64,000 nt of DNA, taken from NCBI GenBank assembly GCA_002104905.1, contig MCFE01000408.1, positions 1 through 64,000 on the forward strand, in the 5' to 3' direction. Each line of letters opens with the position of its first letter. Position 1 is the stretch's first letter. Made by a program: the position numbers and the translations under genes. The notes under the pieces are model-generated. The model did not search any database, was not told where the DNA came from, and saw only the letters and a list, made by a program, of their open reading frames with translations. Of this stretch, positions 49,099 through 60,968 are shown piece by piece. The stretch is from Basidiobolus meristosporus CBS 931.73 (taxonomy: Eukaryota > Fungi > Basidiobolomycota).

Positions 49099-50364
49099 TC
49101 CCTAATAACGAACCCACCGTCATGATCATGTAATTTTACAATCAGCACAACGCAAATTAAATGAAATCATTTGAATCATCCAGCCACAGCAACCACCGAA
49201 ATTTGTAGGCCCGTGGCACCTTGGTGTCTGATTGCAATTTGGAGGTTCCCATATTGGTCAGCATCCGTTGGGGTGCGATTCGAGGAAGCTGATGTTACAT
49301 CCATTTATGTGAGTCAGTCGTAGGTTAGCGGGCGCCATCTGTGTCAGTTTGCCAAATGAGAGGTTCATTACACTCGATATAACGGAGTCACAACACCTGT
49401 GTAACCGCCAAGTTTCATTTTCCAGCCAATTTGATCCATCTCCACCAGGAATGTCAATCGGATTCCTTGGCGAAGGATCTCTCAGCAGTGTCGGCAGCTG
49501 AATGCAAGTGTTGTCGACGCAGAGGTGCCCAGAGATGAGCGGACAGGCATCTTTTGACAGATGCGTGTCCAACAGTATTACCATGGTTGGTAACTTCAAC
49601 ATAGAAATGGTTTGTATCCTGTGACTGCGATTGTTGGCCATGTGATGCTCAATCCGGCCCGGCAACAAGGTGGCTAATATCGACTGGCTCTGGCCGGCAG
49701 GTGCAAGTGCTTGGATAAAGCCACTGATCCATCAAACCATTGCAAATTGTTTGGCTGGTCGTCAATCAGTTCGGCACTCTATGCATGATTATTATTGGAA
49801 TGCAACACTCATCTATTGCAGTTTGGCAATAAATACATGTAGACATCCAGTTTATAGTACCTGCATCTTCGATGGCATCTGGGTATATTGTGGGTGATTC
49901 AGGCGTCCAGTAAGACCGCTATAACCTTCAACCCACTCCAGAGGAATTCAGGTAGACTTCTAACCCAGTACATAATGTGAATCATATGTTCTATTTATAG
50001 CGGGGGCAGGGCTCCGTTACACCAGGCTTTACTCTTTGGTGCAAGTATCTACCCTGTTAGAGCATATATACGGGGTGAGTAGATCGCCGTCAGGTTTCTG
50101 GGTGCATGTCGCTTTAGAAAGAATAGCAATGGATTGTTCATATGTGTGGTAATATTGGCTGGAAATTGAGCCGCTTGGAGATTACATCAAAACAGCGATT
50201 AAAACCATTTGTATTGGGGTGAGGTACAGAGCTATTTAGCCTTGACCAATGTACCACATCTAATATCACAGCAGCCAGACTCTCTCGTGCAAGCAACTAT
50301 ACTCCCACCAGCAGCTAGTTTCTAGCAGTATGTCACGCCTTAGGCCTGCTCTGAGGATCCTAGC

Positions 50365-50866
50365 CTACGTCGTTTCGTCATTTTCGTCATCATCCCAACC
50401 AATTGGATCCGTACGAGTAATCCATGCGACCGTAGCTTCTGGCGGAAACTGAACCTTGACTGGCATGCCGCAATGGATATTAAAAAGTCCATTCATGCCC
50501 CACCGTGGAATGATGTCGGTGCAGTATTCTCCAGGAATACTCGAGTCAGGATTTCGGAAATAATCTTGACTTGAGACACGGAACATCTGTACCGCCGACT
50601 TGATCCATCAGGATTGGTTTAGAAATCAGGTGACCAGATCGCGCCTCATTTTAGATTGGGAGCTCTGCCAACATCGACTGACAGGTTTGTTGGCGACGCC
50701 TCTGATGTTTGGTAAAAAGAAAATGGAGAAACCCCACGGAAACCCTACCTCCTAGAGGCCGCAGAGAAATAGAACCCAACAGCCCAAACATCTCCGGATA
50801 TTCTCTGCCTTTCTCTTGGATGCTAGAGTAATCAGACACTGCTAGCTTCTTAGCTGTTGATTGCAT
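50365..50866 (-). other. Possible small spliced gene or gene remnant
   Basis: ORFs 50651-50866 and 50365-50586 are colinear on the minus strand with a GTAGGG donor-like site, but no clean splice model was found and no family is recognised. Confidence 0.2.
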
Positions 50867-53800
50867 AAGGAGAGTCTGGACAGGACTTGAAAATACCTAC
50901 CGAAATAAGTCACTAGCTGCTTGGATTAAACGTTCCAATCTCACTTGCTGCAGTTTTACACGGTTATGTTGGTGGTGAAGGCAATTCAATTTTAGTCTCT
51001 GTTTCTACAAGCTACCCCAGCAACTCAAGTTTCAAATGTGCTTGATTCATGTCAATGTCCCATACAGTGGGCTGCAGTCAACTCGCACCATATTCCGGAG
51101 TTCATGCACCGTTAAGTGACATTTGTAAAGCAATAGTTGTTTGTAAAGTATTCAACGTGTGTGTGAGTAGAGAACACATCATAGCACTTGATCATTCCGG
51201 AATTCATACTTGGTCACTTACCAATTTCCAAGAATTGATGAAAGCACTGAATGCATACAACAGTCTCCAGCATTGTGTTAAATACATGGCTTAAAATTGA
51301 ATCACTCATGCACGATCACTCCACACCTGGTCAGCGTGCTTGATATATATATATATACAAACACCAATCTTGCTAAATGTGCCAACATCCAAAGGAGAGG
51401 AAAAATTGAAAATGCAAAAAGCCTTTTTCTATGCATGCGGCCCTTCAGGTGCTTCCAGAGCATATTTAGCCTGACCAAGTACTCTATTCCACCATTTCTA
51501 CCAAGTATCCTCTGGCACTTCCATACTGAACACCAACATTTGACACATTTCGCATGCAATTTCTTTGAGTTTCAATGCGCATCTTCGATCAATGTTTGAG
51601 TAAAGCTAACAGTTCTTATGAAACTTGGGTAATATCAATCAGATGAATATAATTAAGAACCATTCAGATGATGGAAAAATACTGTTGTAAATTTTGCATT
51701 CACCCATAAGTAGTTTCATCAACAAAGTTCTCAGGATTTACATTAAAATTTTTCTGCCAGAATGCCAGATACCCTGAATATGATGTTTCTCAAGCTTGCC
51801 CAAAAGACCCCAAACTTTGCACACCTGTTGCAGGGAATCTTGTAGATATGATCTATGTGTTGCTTTTCATGGCCTGGGTTGGGTATGAATGCCACTATTA
51901 CACCCGACGAAACTCTAGGTGAAGACCACATCACCAGGTGAAAATGCACACTTGTGATGTTGGATAACTTATCAGTTCAATACACGCAATAGCCCAATCA
52001 GTATCAATTGGATTGATGCTACTAGTGGCCTCAGATATTGGCATATGGAGATATTATAGATGAGTGCTGAGCATTAAAATGATTTGGTTTGACCTCTAAA
52101 GTATGTGTGAATCGCAAGTTTGCACTTGGTGTATGAATTACGGACGTGAGATCTGATTTACAAGGTGTGAGCTGATCCTTTGAGTTAGTGAGGATCTGGA
52201 ACTTCGCATACAGCTTTACATAGTTTTCTGTTCTTCTCCACATGGTTTTGCCAATGTATAAGTTCGTAAGCTGAAAATTACCTCAGGTGACATCCCATTA
52301 GCATATAGTGAGTGCCAAGCCACTCATACTGCTAAAAATATGTATTATTGCATTACACGCTCACCCAGATTCTACACCCCAAACCGCTGGCAATCAACAA
52401 CAACTGTCAATGTTTCGGAAATAAGGTGGCATTCAAAGGTCACTTCAAAGCCTTCCCAAACCTCACAAATTTGCTCGCATCTTTCAATAGTATTTTCTAA
52501 CTCATATTATAAATTCATGATTTCCTATCAAAACTGGAATGATCTGTAGCATCAAATCATTTCCAGGTCCCAGTTCTACTTGCTATACACATTTGTAGAT
52601 ATATACCTCACCAATACTAATATGTCTAACGGATAAAATTGTCATATCCCGAGACCCTATTAAACGTAGAGTAAGCTGGTTGGGGTGTATGCATGGCCAA
52701 TCTAATTGTTAAGCGTTGTTCCACACAGGAAAAGAGTCGAGGTCTGCTACAAACGTACACCCGCTGGTGCATGGGAGTAAGCACCATGGATAGGACAGTG
52801 GGAAACAGGCTACGGGGTTGCGCCAGGAGAGCGCCATGATGGAGGAGGAGTCGTGGTCATTTATGCCGATACCATTTTCCCATCATTCCACAGACTAGGG
52901 GAGTGCCCAAAAATTGGTCGCAAAGGGATTCCTATGGCTAAGGAGCAACGTACCTAAGCCAAAAATCGTTGGAAGCGGATTGTGGCACCACTCATCACTC
53001 CCACCTCACAGTATTGGCAAGGGCTTACATAATGAAACTCACAGCGTCCAGAGAGGTCTCAGTTGGTTTGGGAGGCTAAGGCCGCCATTCGAGAGACATG
53101 GTGGAGAGAATCACACCATGAATCTTCTACTAAGTGCTTCAATAGGGGGCTTCCTGAACGAATGATGTAGCGATGGAATGGTCCATCATGGACTAGATAT
53201 TCTAGAACCAACCCCTGACTTGCACTGGACAATAAGTCCATTCGTGGGTACACCAGCTCCCCACTTGGGCTCGTTTCAGTTTCAGGATGTTTTCAGATAT
53301 TCCATTCAAGCAACGTGGTCTCGTTGAATCCTTGATGCTGATTTATGGGTGTCTCGGTATTCGTCAGGGCGTCTAAGCATTTGGCCGGCCTTATCCCACT
53401 CTGATCACAGTCTCTAGAAGGAACTGGTATTTCGTGTAACTAACTGACACAGTGCTTTGGATTGTTTTGAGTGACCACTCTCGTTTCTATGGCCAGCCAA
53501 CCAATCCCGACAGAAGTTTCTGGCCCTTCTAATCGGGAATCTCTGCACTCACCAAGTGCGATATCTGCTATTACGTGATGAACATCGAGGCCTAGACGTA
53601 GCGGTGGAGCCTGTAACAAGAGTGTGCACCAAAATGACCGGTTTGGATTGCGCTGAATGCGTGACTCTGGCTGATGTCCATCAGGTATCGGTTTGGATCT
53701 GCATCCTTCCCACTACGATCACAAGAAATCTTCCGTTTGGTGGGAGGGGGGAGGCTATTTAAAAGGGATATCTTGGTTGGCCTGTTCTCTCTTCATATGG

Positions 53801-54650
53801 CACCAATTAAATTACTTGTTTGATTTGCTTGTGGTGAAACGTTCGACACTCGATTAACAAGGTTAATCCAGCAGATTAGAAGATATCAGCCCTGTAACAC
53901 TCAGCAGTCGATGAAAGCGTGCAAGTGGAGCGGACTCGTGGTGTGGATTTGAAGACGCTGGCTAACCAGAATGATGGTTCCGTAGGTTTCACGTGTAGCA
54001 TCACTGCCTTTAGCAACCCAAGCTAGTGTAGCGGGGAGAGAGGAATGTCGGATGGTGGGAGACAGCCTAGAATTAGTTGGGTCACCTGAATGCCACCATC
54101 TGAGTCGACTTGACCAAAATCGGCTAAAGAGCCATCGCTGGGTTAGGCGGCTTCTGTGTATCAAAGAATATTGTCTGCCCATTCCCATGTAGGAGCATGG
54201 TACTCCGAATGGAACCAGCCGGTTGAGTCGAAGGAAATCGGTGCCCGCCAGCTAGCTCCAGAGGATGTCCAGCAGATTGGCGGGGATGGTGTGGGGACTA
54301 ATTTGGTACGTGGGCTTCTATTTTACCGGATTGAGCGTAACGTTGATTAACTGGCGTCACTCCAGCTGATTCATATCGCGCTTTCCTTTTTCCTTCTGCA
54401 GTAACATGGATGATGGATAACCTGACGAAAGGGGCCTCCATGATGCATGTGTGACATGGGTAATCATGACATCCACCCATCAGAGTAGATGGTTGACTCA
54501 GCGGCAGGTCATTGTCCACCAATAGATGCGCCATTTTTGACTGGTCAAAATTAGAACCTTTATTGGGGTTGCATAACATGGGTATTAGGAAGTAAATTAC
54601 AAACAATTTAACAAATAAGGAATCGTGTCTAATTATGTGATTGAGGGTTG

Positions 54651-55658
54651 TTAGTCTTTCTTTGACTTCTCTGCTTCATGATGGGGTGGCGCTACCCAGT
54701 ATATGGCTCCCTGGACTATGCATGCCAGGAGAGGTGCAATCCATGGTATCCAATGCTGTTGGTAATTGTTAGCAGCGACTGCCAACCCAAGGAACTTGGC
54801 TGGGTTAGCACCCGCCCCACCAAAGCCCGGCGTTAAGCCACCACTTACAAAAATATTGAGCCCCAGAGCCAATCCTACGCACACCGGGCCAATGACCGGA
54901 CCAAACACCTTCTGCTGCTTTGGATCAATAGCAGTGCCCCATGTTATCCATATGTAAGACCAACTAAAGAGGAATTCCAAGCAAAATGCTTGTCCAACTG
55001 TGACCACGCTAGGGTCAAAGCCCCAGGAGCCTAGCTTTGTAGAGGCAGTTACCGTTGGGCCACAGCAAACACGGAGGAAGGCACCGCCAAGAAGAGCACC
55101 TATGATATGCATGAACAGGTATATGACCGCTCGAGGTATGGAGCAGAGTTTCGTAAAAACCGCCGTCCAAGTAATCATGGGGTTAAAGTGAGCACCGGAA
55201 ATGGCGGCTGTTGCCATGATAAACAGCGTAAGAGTGACAAAAACGCCAAGCCCAACATCAAGAGACACCACGGGCCCTCCCACTTGAGTGGCCCAAACTG
55301 TCACTCCCCCGGATACCATTACATAAAGTGCCATTAAGAACAGCTCGGCCACTCCAGAGCGCCAGACACTGATGCTACGGAACTCCGACCAGTCGAACAT
55401 CTGCTCCAAGGTAAGATGGTCCTCATCTGCAACAATGTCTGGATGGAACTCCGGAATTGGCACTCCAGAAAGAGATTTCCTATGAGGGATTGCGTTCAGT
55501 GAGGCTTGACGGCTCCTAGTGATGTGATGGCCCAAAGACGCGACATGATCGACAGATATAGGAAGACCGTTGCCTGCGTTGAAAGCAGCCTCATGAGGTC
55601 GATGTTCTGTGGCACCCAAGCTAACAAATGTGTCTGGGGCAAACCGTGAAGTTTCCAT
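54651..55658 (-). CDS. Aquaporin (MIP), XIP-like subfamily, 335 aa, intronless
   Basis: SGAHFNPMIT (loop B), GQAFCLEF, AIDPKQQKVFGPVIGP.CVG..LGL, PGFGGAGANPAKF, HWIPWIAP: the fungal XIP signature pattern. Confidence 0.9.
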   Translation of the reverse strand: METSRFAPDTFVSLGATEHRPHEAAFNAGNGLPISVDHVASLGHHITRSRQASLNAIPHRKSLSGVPIPEFHPDIVADEDHLTLEQMFDWSEFRSISVWRSGVAELFLMALYVMVSGGVTVWATQVGGPVVSLDVGLGVFVTLTLFIMATAAISGAHFNPMITWTAVFTKLCSIPRAVIYLFMHIIGALLGGAFLRVCCGPTVTASTKLGSWGFDPSVVTVGQAFCLEFLFSWSYIWITWGTAIDPKQQKVFGPVIGPVCVGLALGLNIFVSGGLTPGFGGAGANPAKFLGLAVAANNYQQHWIPWIAPLLACIVQGAIYWVAPPHHEAEKSKKD

Positions 55659-56149
55659 ATGATAAATGGGAAGATGGCTGGATGTGTGTCAAGGGATCTG
55701 AGGATTTATGGCATAAGCCCAGCAATATATACCCATCGATGGCCGTAGCTGGTTGGGTGAGATGATTGGTGACGATGGAGACAGTGTATCAAGATCCAGA
55801 TTATGCATGTAGCTCACACTAGTTAGATTTGGCCATAATAGGATTGTTTTGGCAATTTGCCATGTAAAGGTTGACTAATATTTGTATCTGAATCGTCGTG
55901 ACACTCTCATGAGATTTTCAGAGTCACACTGGCTATCTGGCGGTTGCGGTTGGAATTTGGGAGTAGATAACCAGAATGTTCTACCGCCTGATTTCATGCG
56001 TAGAAAATACATGAACTGAATTCACGAACATTCGCCACATGAAGGCAGGGATGCTTGATGAGAACAATAGAAAATGACAGTCGCATTTTCTGGCCTAATC
56101 TTTGTACCTCGTTACCAGTCCCTCCGAAGGTTCACGGCAGATGACAATT

Positions 56150-57300
56150 AAATCCTCTTTTACTATCAATCAGGTATGCGCAAGAAAATGTGTAATTCGT
56201 GACATCCATTCATTCTCAAAAAGGCAATCATTCGCTTATACGTCAACTTTAACATCCCTGTGCTGTAATCTAGGATATGGGACGATATCGTTGAGCATAG
56301 GAAAACACCTCCAACCTCTGCATTCAAGGGGTTTAATTCCCTCATCCAACAAGAACAATTGGGTTGGAACTGATGTCTGAATGATTGACAATCAGTTTTA
56401 TACCAGTCTGCTATTTTATATTTTAGTCCTGAAGGAATGACTACCTTGCGACAGAGGCTTTCTAGTCCCTGCAGAGAGGAGGTGGCCATTGTGATGTAAG
56501 ATTTTAAAACTTCACCCAAGTTTGTAGATGGTTAAAGGCATGGCTTTACCTAGGGCTTGTAAGTTTAGTGACTGGAGTGTGCTACTAAAATCAAAGCTAG
56601 CCCCAGTATGCATGACCCCAATCGTCTGGCATGGGTGTTACTGATCGGTACATTTTTAATTTCGCAAGTTGTGGTATATTTGAAGCTAAACATATAAGTC
56701 TCCCACTCAACTGAGTAAGACTTCTGTAGTTGCTCTTTCTCTGAAAAGCTGGATTTAGTAGTGGTTACATAAAACTTGGAGCATGTTTGAATATAGAAAA
56801 GGGAGAATAAGCCCTGCTGTTGGTTAGTGAGCAACCGTCTAGACATCTTCCTAGCAGTCTCAGAGGCTGTCATGCTTAATCATGTGCTTTTTATCGTAAA
56901 TACTTTTAGTTTGGATATGGGATCAATATGAGCAGTAAAGCTGTCGTGATCGGCAAAAGAATGACTTTGTACTCTTTGTATAGTTTTAAGGATGATCTGG
57001 GATGCAATTTTTCAAGGTAACAAAAGATTTCTTTAAAGTGCGGGCAGTTTGTGAATTTCTGGAGGACTTCACAATTCTGAAAACTTGTCAACAGCCCTTG
57101 CAAAATGAATTTGAGAGCTGTAAGCTTGATGCTGACCAAGAGCGATGTTATAGTTCACAAGTAGCCTGCTATTTACATCATTTCACCATACTGTGCTATC
57201 AATTCTGGAATAGATTACATGCACTAAATCCGTACACAAAACTCCTTACTCTTATACCATCGTTTCCTATATTCTGGTTTTCAGCATTCTATATTCCTTA
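56150..57300 (-). pseudogene. Highly eroded Ty3/gypsy pol relic (RT-RNase H-integrase zinc-finger region)
   Basis: Short ORFs 56906-57139 (GLL..F..F...F.EI...L..L), 56565-56873 (TASET...LL..Q...YS.E.E) and 56166-56519 (VVIPSGLKYKIADWY) lie in pol order; locally CpG-poor. Confidence 0.4.
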
Positions 57301-60300
57301 TGTTCATTCAGTATTCCTATGAAAAAACCCATACTTGGAAATCATCTGATAAACTGCCAGTATTCAGCTGGTGTTTTTCTTCTAATTTTTAATTGTAAAT
57401 TACTGTGGAAGTAGTCAGTAGCTTATTACTATATTTGGCATGAATGTTATTTGGCCTAGCCTCCTCCTAGATAACATGTCTTGTCAGCCAAATAGCTAGA
57501 ACCCAAGATATTGATGGTTGTAAGTTTATCAAAACTTGGATTACTGATGTTGTTATGCTGGTATTCTGTTGGCCTTTAGTTGGTTTTTTTCTTAGGGTAT
57601 ACCAACATGTGTAAGCACACCAAACCTAATTTTGTTTCCAATCATATATTCTGGTATTTGGAACGATCGGACTCTACCAGTAGTCCTAACATCTTGACTT
57701 TTACTCCGTATATTGGTTGGTGAAGGGCACGCTTACTTTTAATTGCCCCGTAGCACTGCTAAATTGCAATCACTTGATTCACAAAAAATTCCCTGATATT
57801 AAATAAGGTAGGTGGATATTATGGTAGTGCATATATTCAGCTCTCAGCATACACACTTCCAGTACGCAATCAGTCAGCTTCATGATTTGGTTTTCACAGG
57901 TTGAAAAATTTATAACCACTGCATCAATCACCCCGTTCCTCGACTTGATACACTGCCAATAATCCCCGATCTAAAGATGCAGATACCACCATTGCCATTG
58001 AGTAATCAGCTTAGCGCATTGCTTATTACATCATCAGTCGTTGCTGAAAGTTGGCGCATTTCTGGGAATCGATTTTCATGTGTTAAGCTTACTAGAAGTG
58101 CTTCAAATATACGTAAGACAAGCTCACCACCAACTTTGAATAAGATTAGGTAAGGGGGCATTTGCAAGGGGCTCTGGTTGCTGAGGAACACGTATCATCT
58201 GAATGAGATCATTCCTGGGGCTCTTGCCACTGGAATGAGCAGACTCCGGGCTTGCATGGAATATATCCGGCAGAAATATGAATTGCATATTACTGGCCAT
58301 GCCCAACATTGTTTAGGGCCAGCGTTTCTTGACACATTCAGACAAATGTGGTCCCTTGTGGCTGCATAGGCAAGCGTCGGAAGGAAGCTTGAGTGGCTAC
58401 CTGAAGTATTTAGAGAATGAGCCAAGATTGGCGTGTCAGTTCTCGGTCCATCCACTCAAGTGATCCTATTTCGAAACCCATAGAAGATCGATGAAATGCT
58501 AATGCAAAGATAACTGGCGGAGCGGAAACAGACTTATCAAACAATAGCAACTCCAGTCTGTTGGTGTTCACCATTTGAAACAGGATCTGACTGGGATAGG
58601 GACTACTGCCGAAACGCCTTTTATCACCCACCACCTCGTGGGATGGACAAATGATATCGACATGGTGTAATCAATACCCCGACGAGATTTCGGGTTTGAA
58701 CCCCAAGTATCATCCCACACCTTACATCATGTGAATGCCAGCGAAGAGATCCGCCTCCAAATCCAATCAGCATCAAAGACAATGCTTCTCCGCATCAGCC
58801 AAGCCTACCTCGCTGATTGGTGACATGGTGACAATCGGCAGCCTTAGTGTTTTGAACCAGCTCAATAGCTAATAATATCTGATTTATCGGGCAATTTGGA
58901 TTCTTACATACACAAACCACTCTGGCGCCATCCGCCCGCAACAAAAGTAGTGATGTGGTGTTTGCAAGGTAATCACATGCAAACCTTGACAATCTCTGGC
59001 CCTATCATGATGTGATGTGTTGTCAAGATTGGCGGGCATTCAAACCCCATCTCACGAAAAGCCTAAAAATAAATCCTTAATCCTCTGCGCCCAGGATGTT
59101 CCTTGTTCGACCCAAGTAAATCATCAGCCGCCGGTTGTCCAGCAATTTCAGGCCCAGTTACTAGAATGCAAGCAGACCCAATTTAATCAGAGTACAATGA
59201 CATAATACAAAAGTCGAGATACCCAGGTGGAGTTACAAAGTCAAGGCATGAATGAGTTCTGCGGAAGATTGGCCTTTTGATTAACCAGGTTCCATTCTAG
59301 AATGCCCATTGAAATCCAGACTAGCCAGGGATTCTTGGATGGATCCCCAAGCCTAGTCTAATTTTACATCCTGCAGCAGCTAATAAAAGCCCCACAACCA
59401 ACTGAATACATAGTAAATATTTCAGGCTCCAATTAGATGGGTCATTCGGAATTTGGTGATCAGCTGGAATGCCATTTTTCTCCAGGCAAGCACACAGATG
59501 CTGGCCCCAGGCTTATTGGGAAATACCGATGTCAACAAGTCTAGACCTGCGAGGCCCGACGTCAAGATACTGGCAGATACCACTAATCCAAGCGTCAATA
59601 ACACACTCCATCATTCTCTGGGTGTCCGCCAAGAGCTCAGCAATATCGAATCCAGCAAGGACGCTCGAGTGGCACGTATTCACATATCACGGTTACGGCG
59701 TTTTAATATCTTGGATGATGAAAAGCCACCATGTCTCAGCCGGTTTTTCTTTCCTTCGGCTGGTGCAATTGGAGAGGCCAGCAGCTATCACAATCGCCGG
59801 TAATTAAAAGCCAATATTCGAGTTGTTGACGCTTTGGTAATCAACGGTTGATGTGACAGACGGGTCATGTCACTGAGGTCATCAAATGCATGAAACCGTA
59901 GCATAATCGAATTAAAATCTGGTAGTGCAACTGTCAACAAGTTGGGACTGGTGCTAAATTTAAAAACTTCATTCATCAGAATAGATCCGAGGTACCCATT
60001 AAATCATCTGATTTAATACGCCAGTACATATCCCACTTGTCATGCATAAGGCGTTACAGAAATGTTGAATCTTGAGCTAGATCATACGAAATGATGGAAC
60101 CAATTAATGAATGTCAAGATGAAATTCCTCTTTTTGGAACCCCTCTATCACTCAATGGATGCTACTTTAAAGATATATACTTTTACGATGGATGATCTTG
60201 TCCTACCAATTAAGTCAAGTCCTCATGCGGCACAACTCATCCGCCTATATATACCTAGCACTCCTGACGCTTGACATCAAGTCTCACCATCATTCACATC

Positions 60301-60386
60301 CATATCCTGGCCAAAAGAGCCTTGCACCTTATAGTATTCTACCTATTCTAGCCCGCACCATCAGTTTTTGGATCTCTAGATAACAT

Positions 60387-60968
60387 ATGAAAGATATTCG
60401 CCCCCACAAAGTTGTATTATTAGGGGATGGAGCAGTTGGAAAGACAGCGCTGACAGTCCAGCTGTGTTCGGCGCACTTCCTCGAGACCTACAACCCAACC
60501 ATCGAGGACTGCTTCCGCACACAGGCGGTCATCGATAAAAAGCCATGCATGCTGGAGATCCTGGACACCGCCGGGCAGCAAGAATTCACCTCGCTTCGGG
60601 ATCAATGGATTCGCGAAGGGGAGGGCTTCTTGCTCGTCTACTGTATCGCGGTCCGATCCACCTTCGAGCATGTGGAGATGATTCGGAATGAGATCGCGCG
60701 AGTGCGCGACATCAAAAAGACCCCGATCCTGCTGGTTGGAAACAAATGCGACCGGAACACGGAGCGTGAGGTCTCCCACTTCGAGGGGAGCGCACTAGCC
60801 AAGCGGCTGGGCTGCCATTTCATTGAGAGCTCGGCAAAGACATCGACGAATGTGGAGCGAGCCTTCCACCGGATTGTTCGGATGATGCGATCGAACGAGA
60901 ATGGAGGCTCGCTTCGCAAGAAGATATGCGCCTTGAACAAGGTCAAGAGCAAATGTCGTCTTATGTAA
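60387..60968 (+). CDS. ras2: Ras-family GTPase, fungal Ras2/RasB-like, 193 aa, copy 1
   Basis: GDGAVGKT, PTIED, DTAGQ, NKCD, ESSAK; ALTVQLC..HF.ETY and DQWIREGEGF typical of fungal Ras2; CaaX CRLM. Confidence 0.92.
   Translation: MKDIRPHKVVLLGDGAVGKTALTVQLCSAHFLETYNPTIEDCFRTQAVIDKKPCMLEILDTAGQQEFTSLRDQWIREGEGFLLVYCIAVRSTFEHVEMIRNEIARVRDIKKTPILLVGNKCDRNTEREVSHFEGSALAKRLGCHFIESSAKTSTNVERAFHRIVRMMRSNENGGSLRKKICALNKVKSKCRLM

Noticed and set aside
53901-54188. LHAFIDC motif suggesting a retropepsin relic
   Set aside because: A single short motif followed by a stop, with no flanking gag/RT similarity.
58653-58711. tRNA-like stretch (ATGGTGTAAT ... GGTTTGAACCC)
   Set aside because: Spacing is too short for an anticodon arm and the B box is imperfect; no cloverleaf can be drawn.
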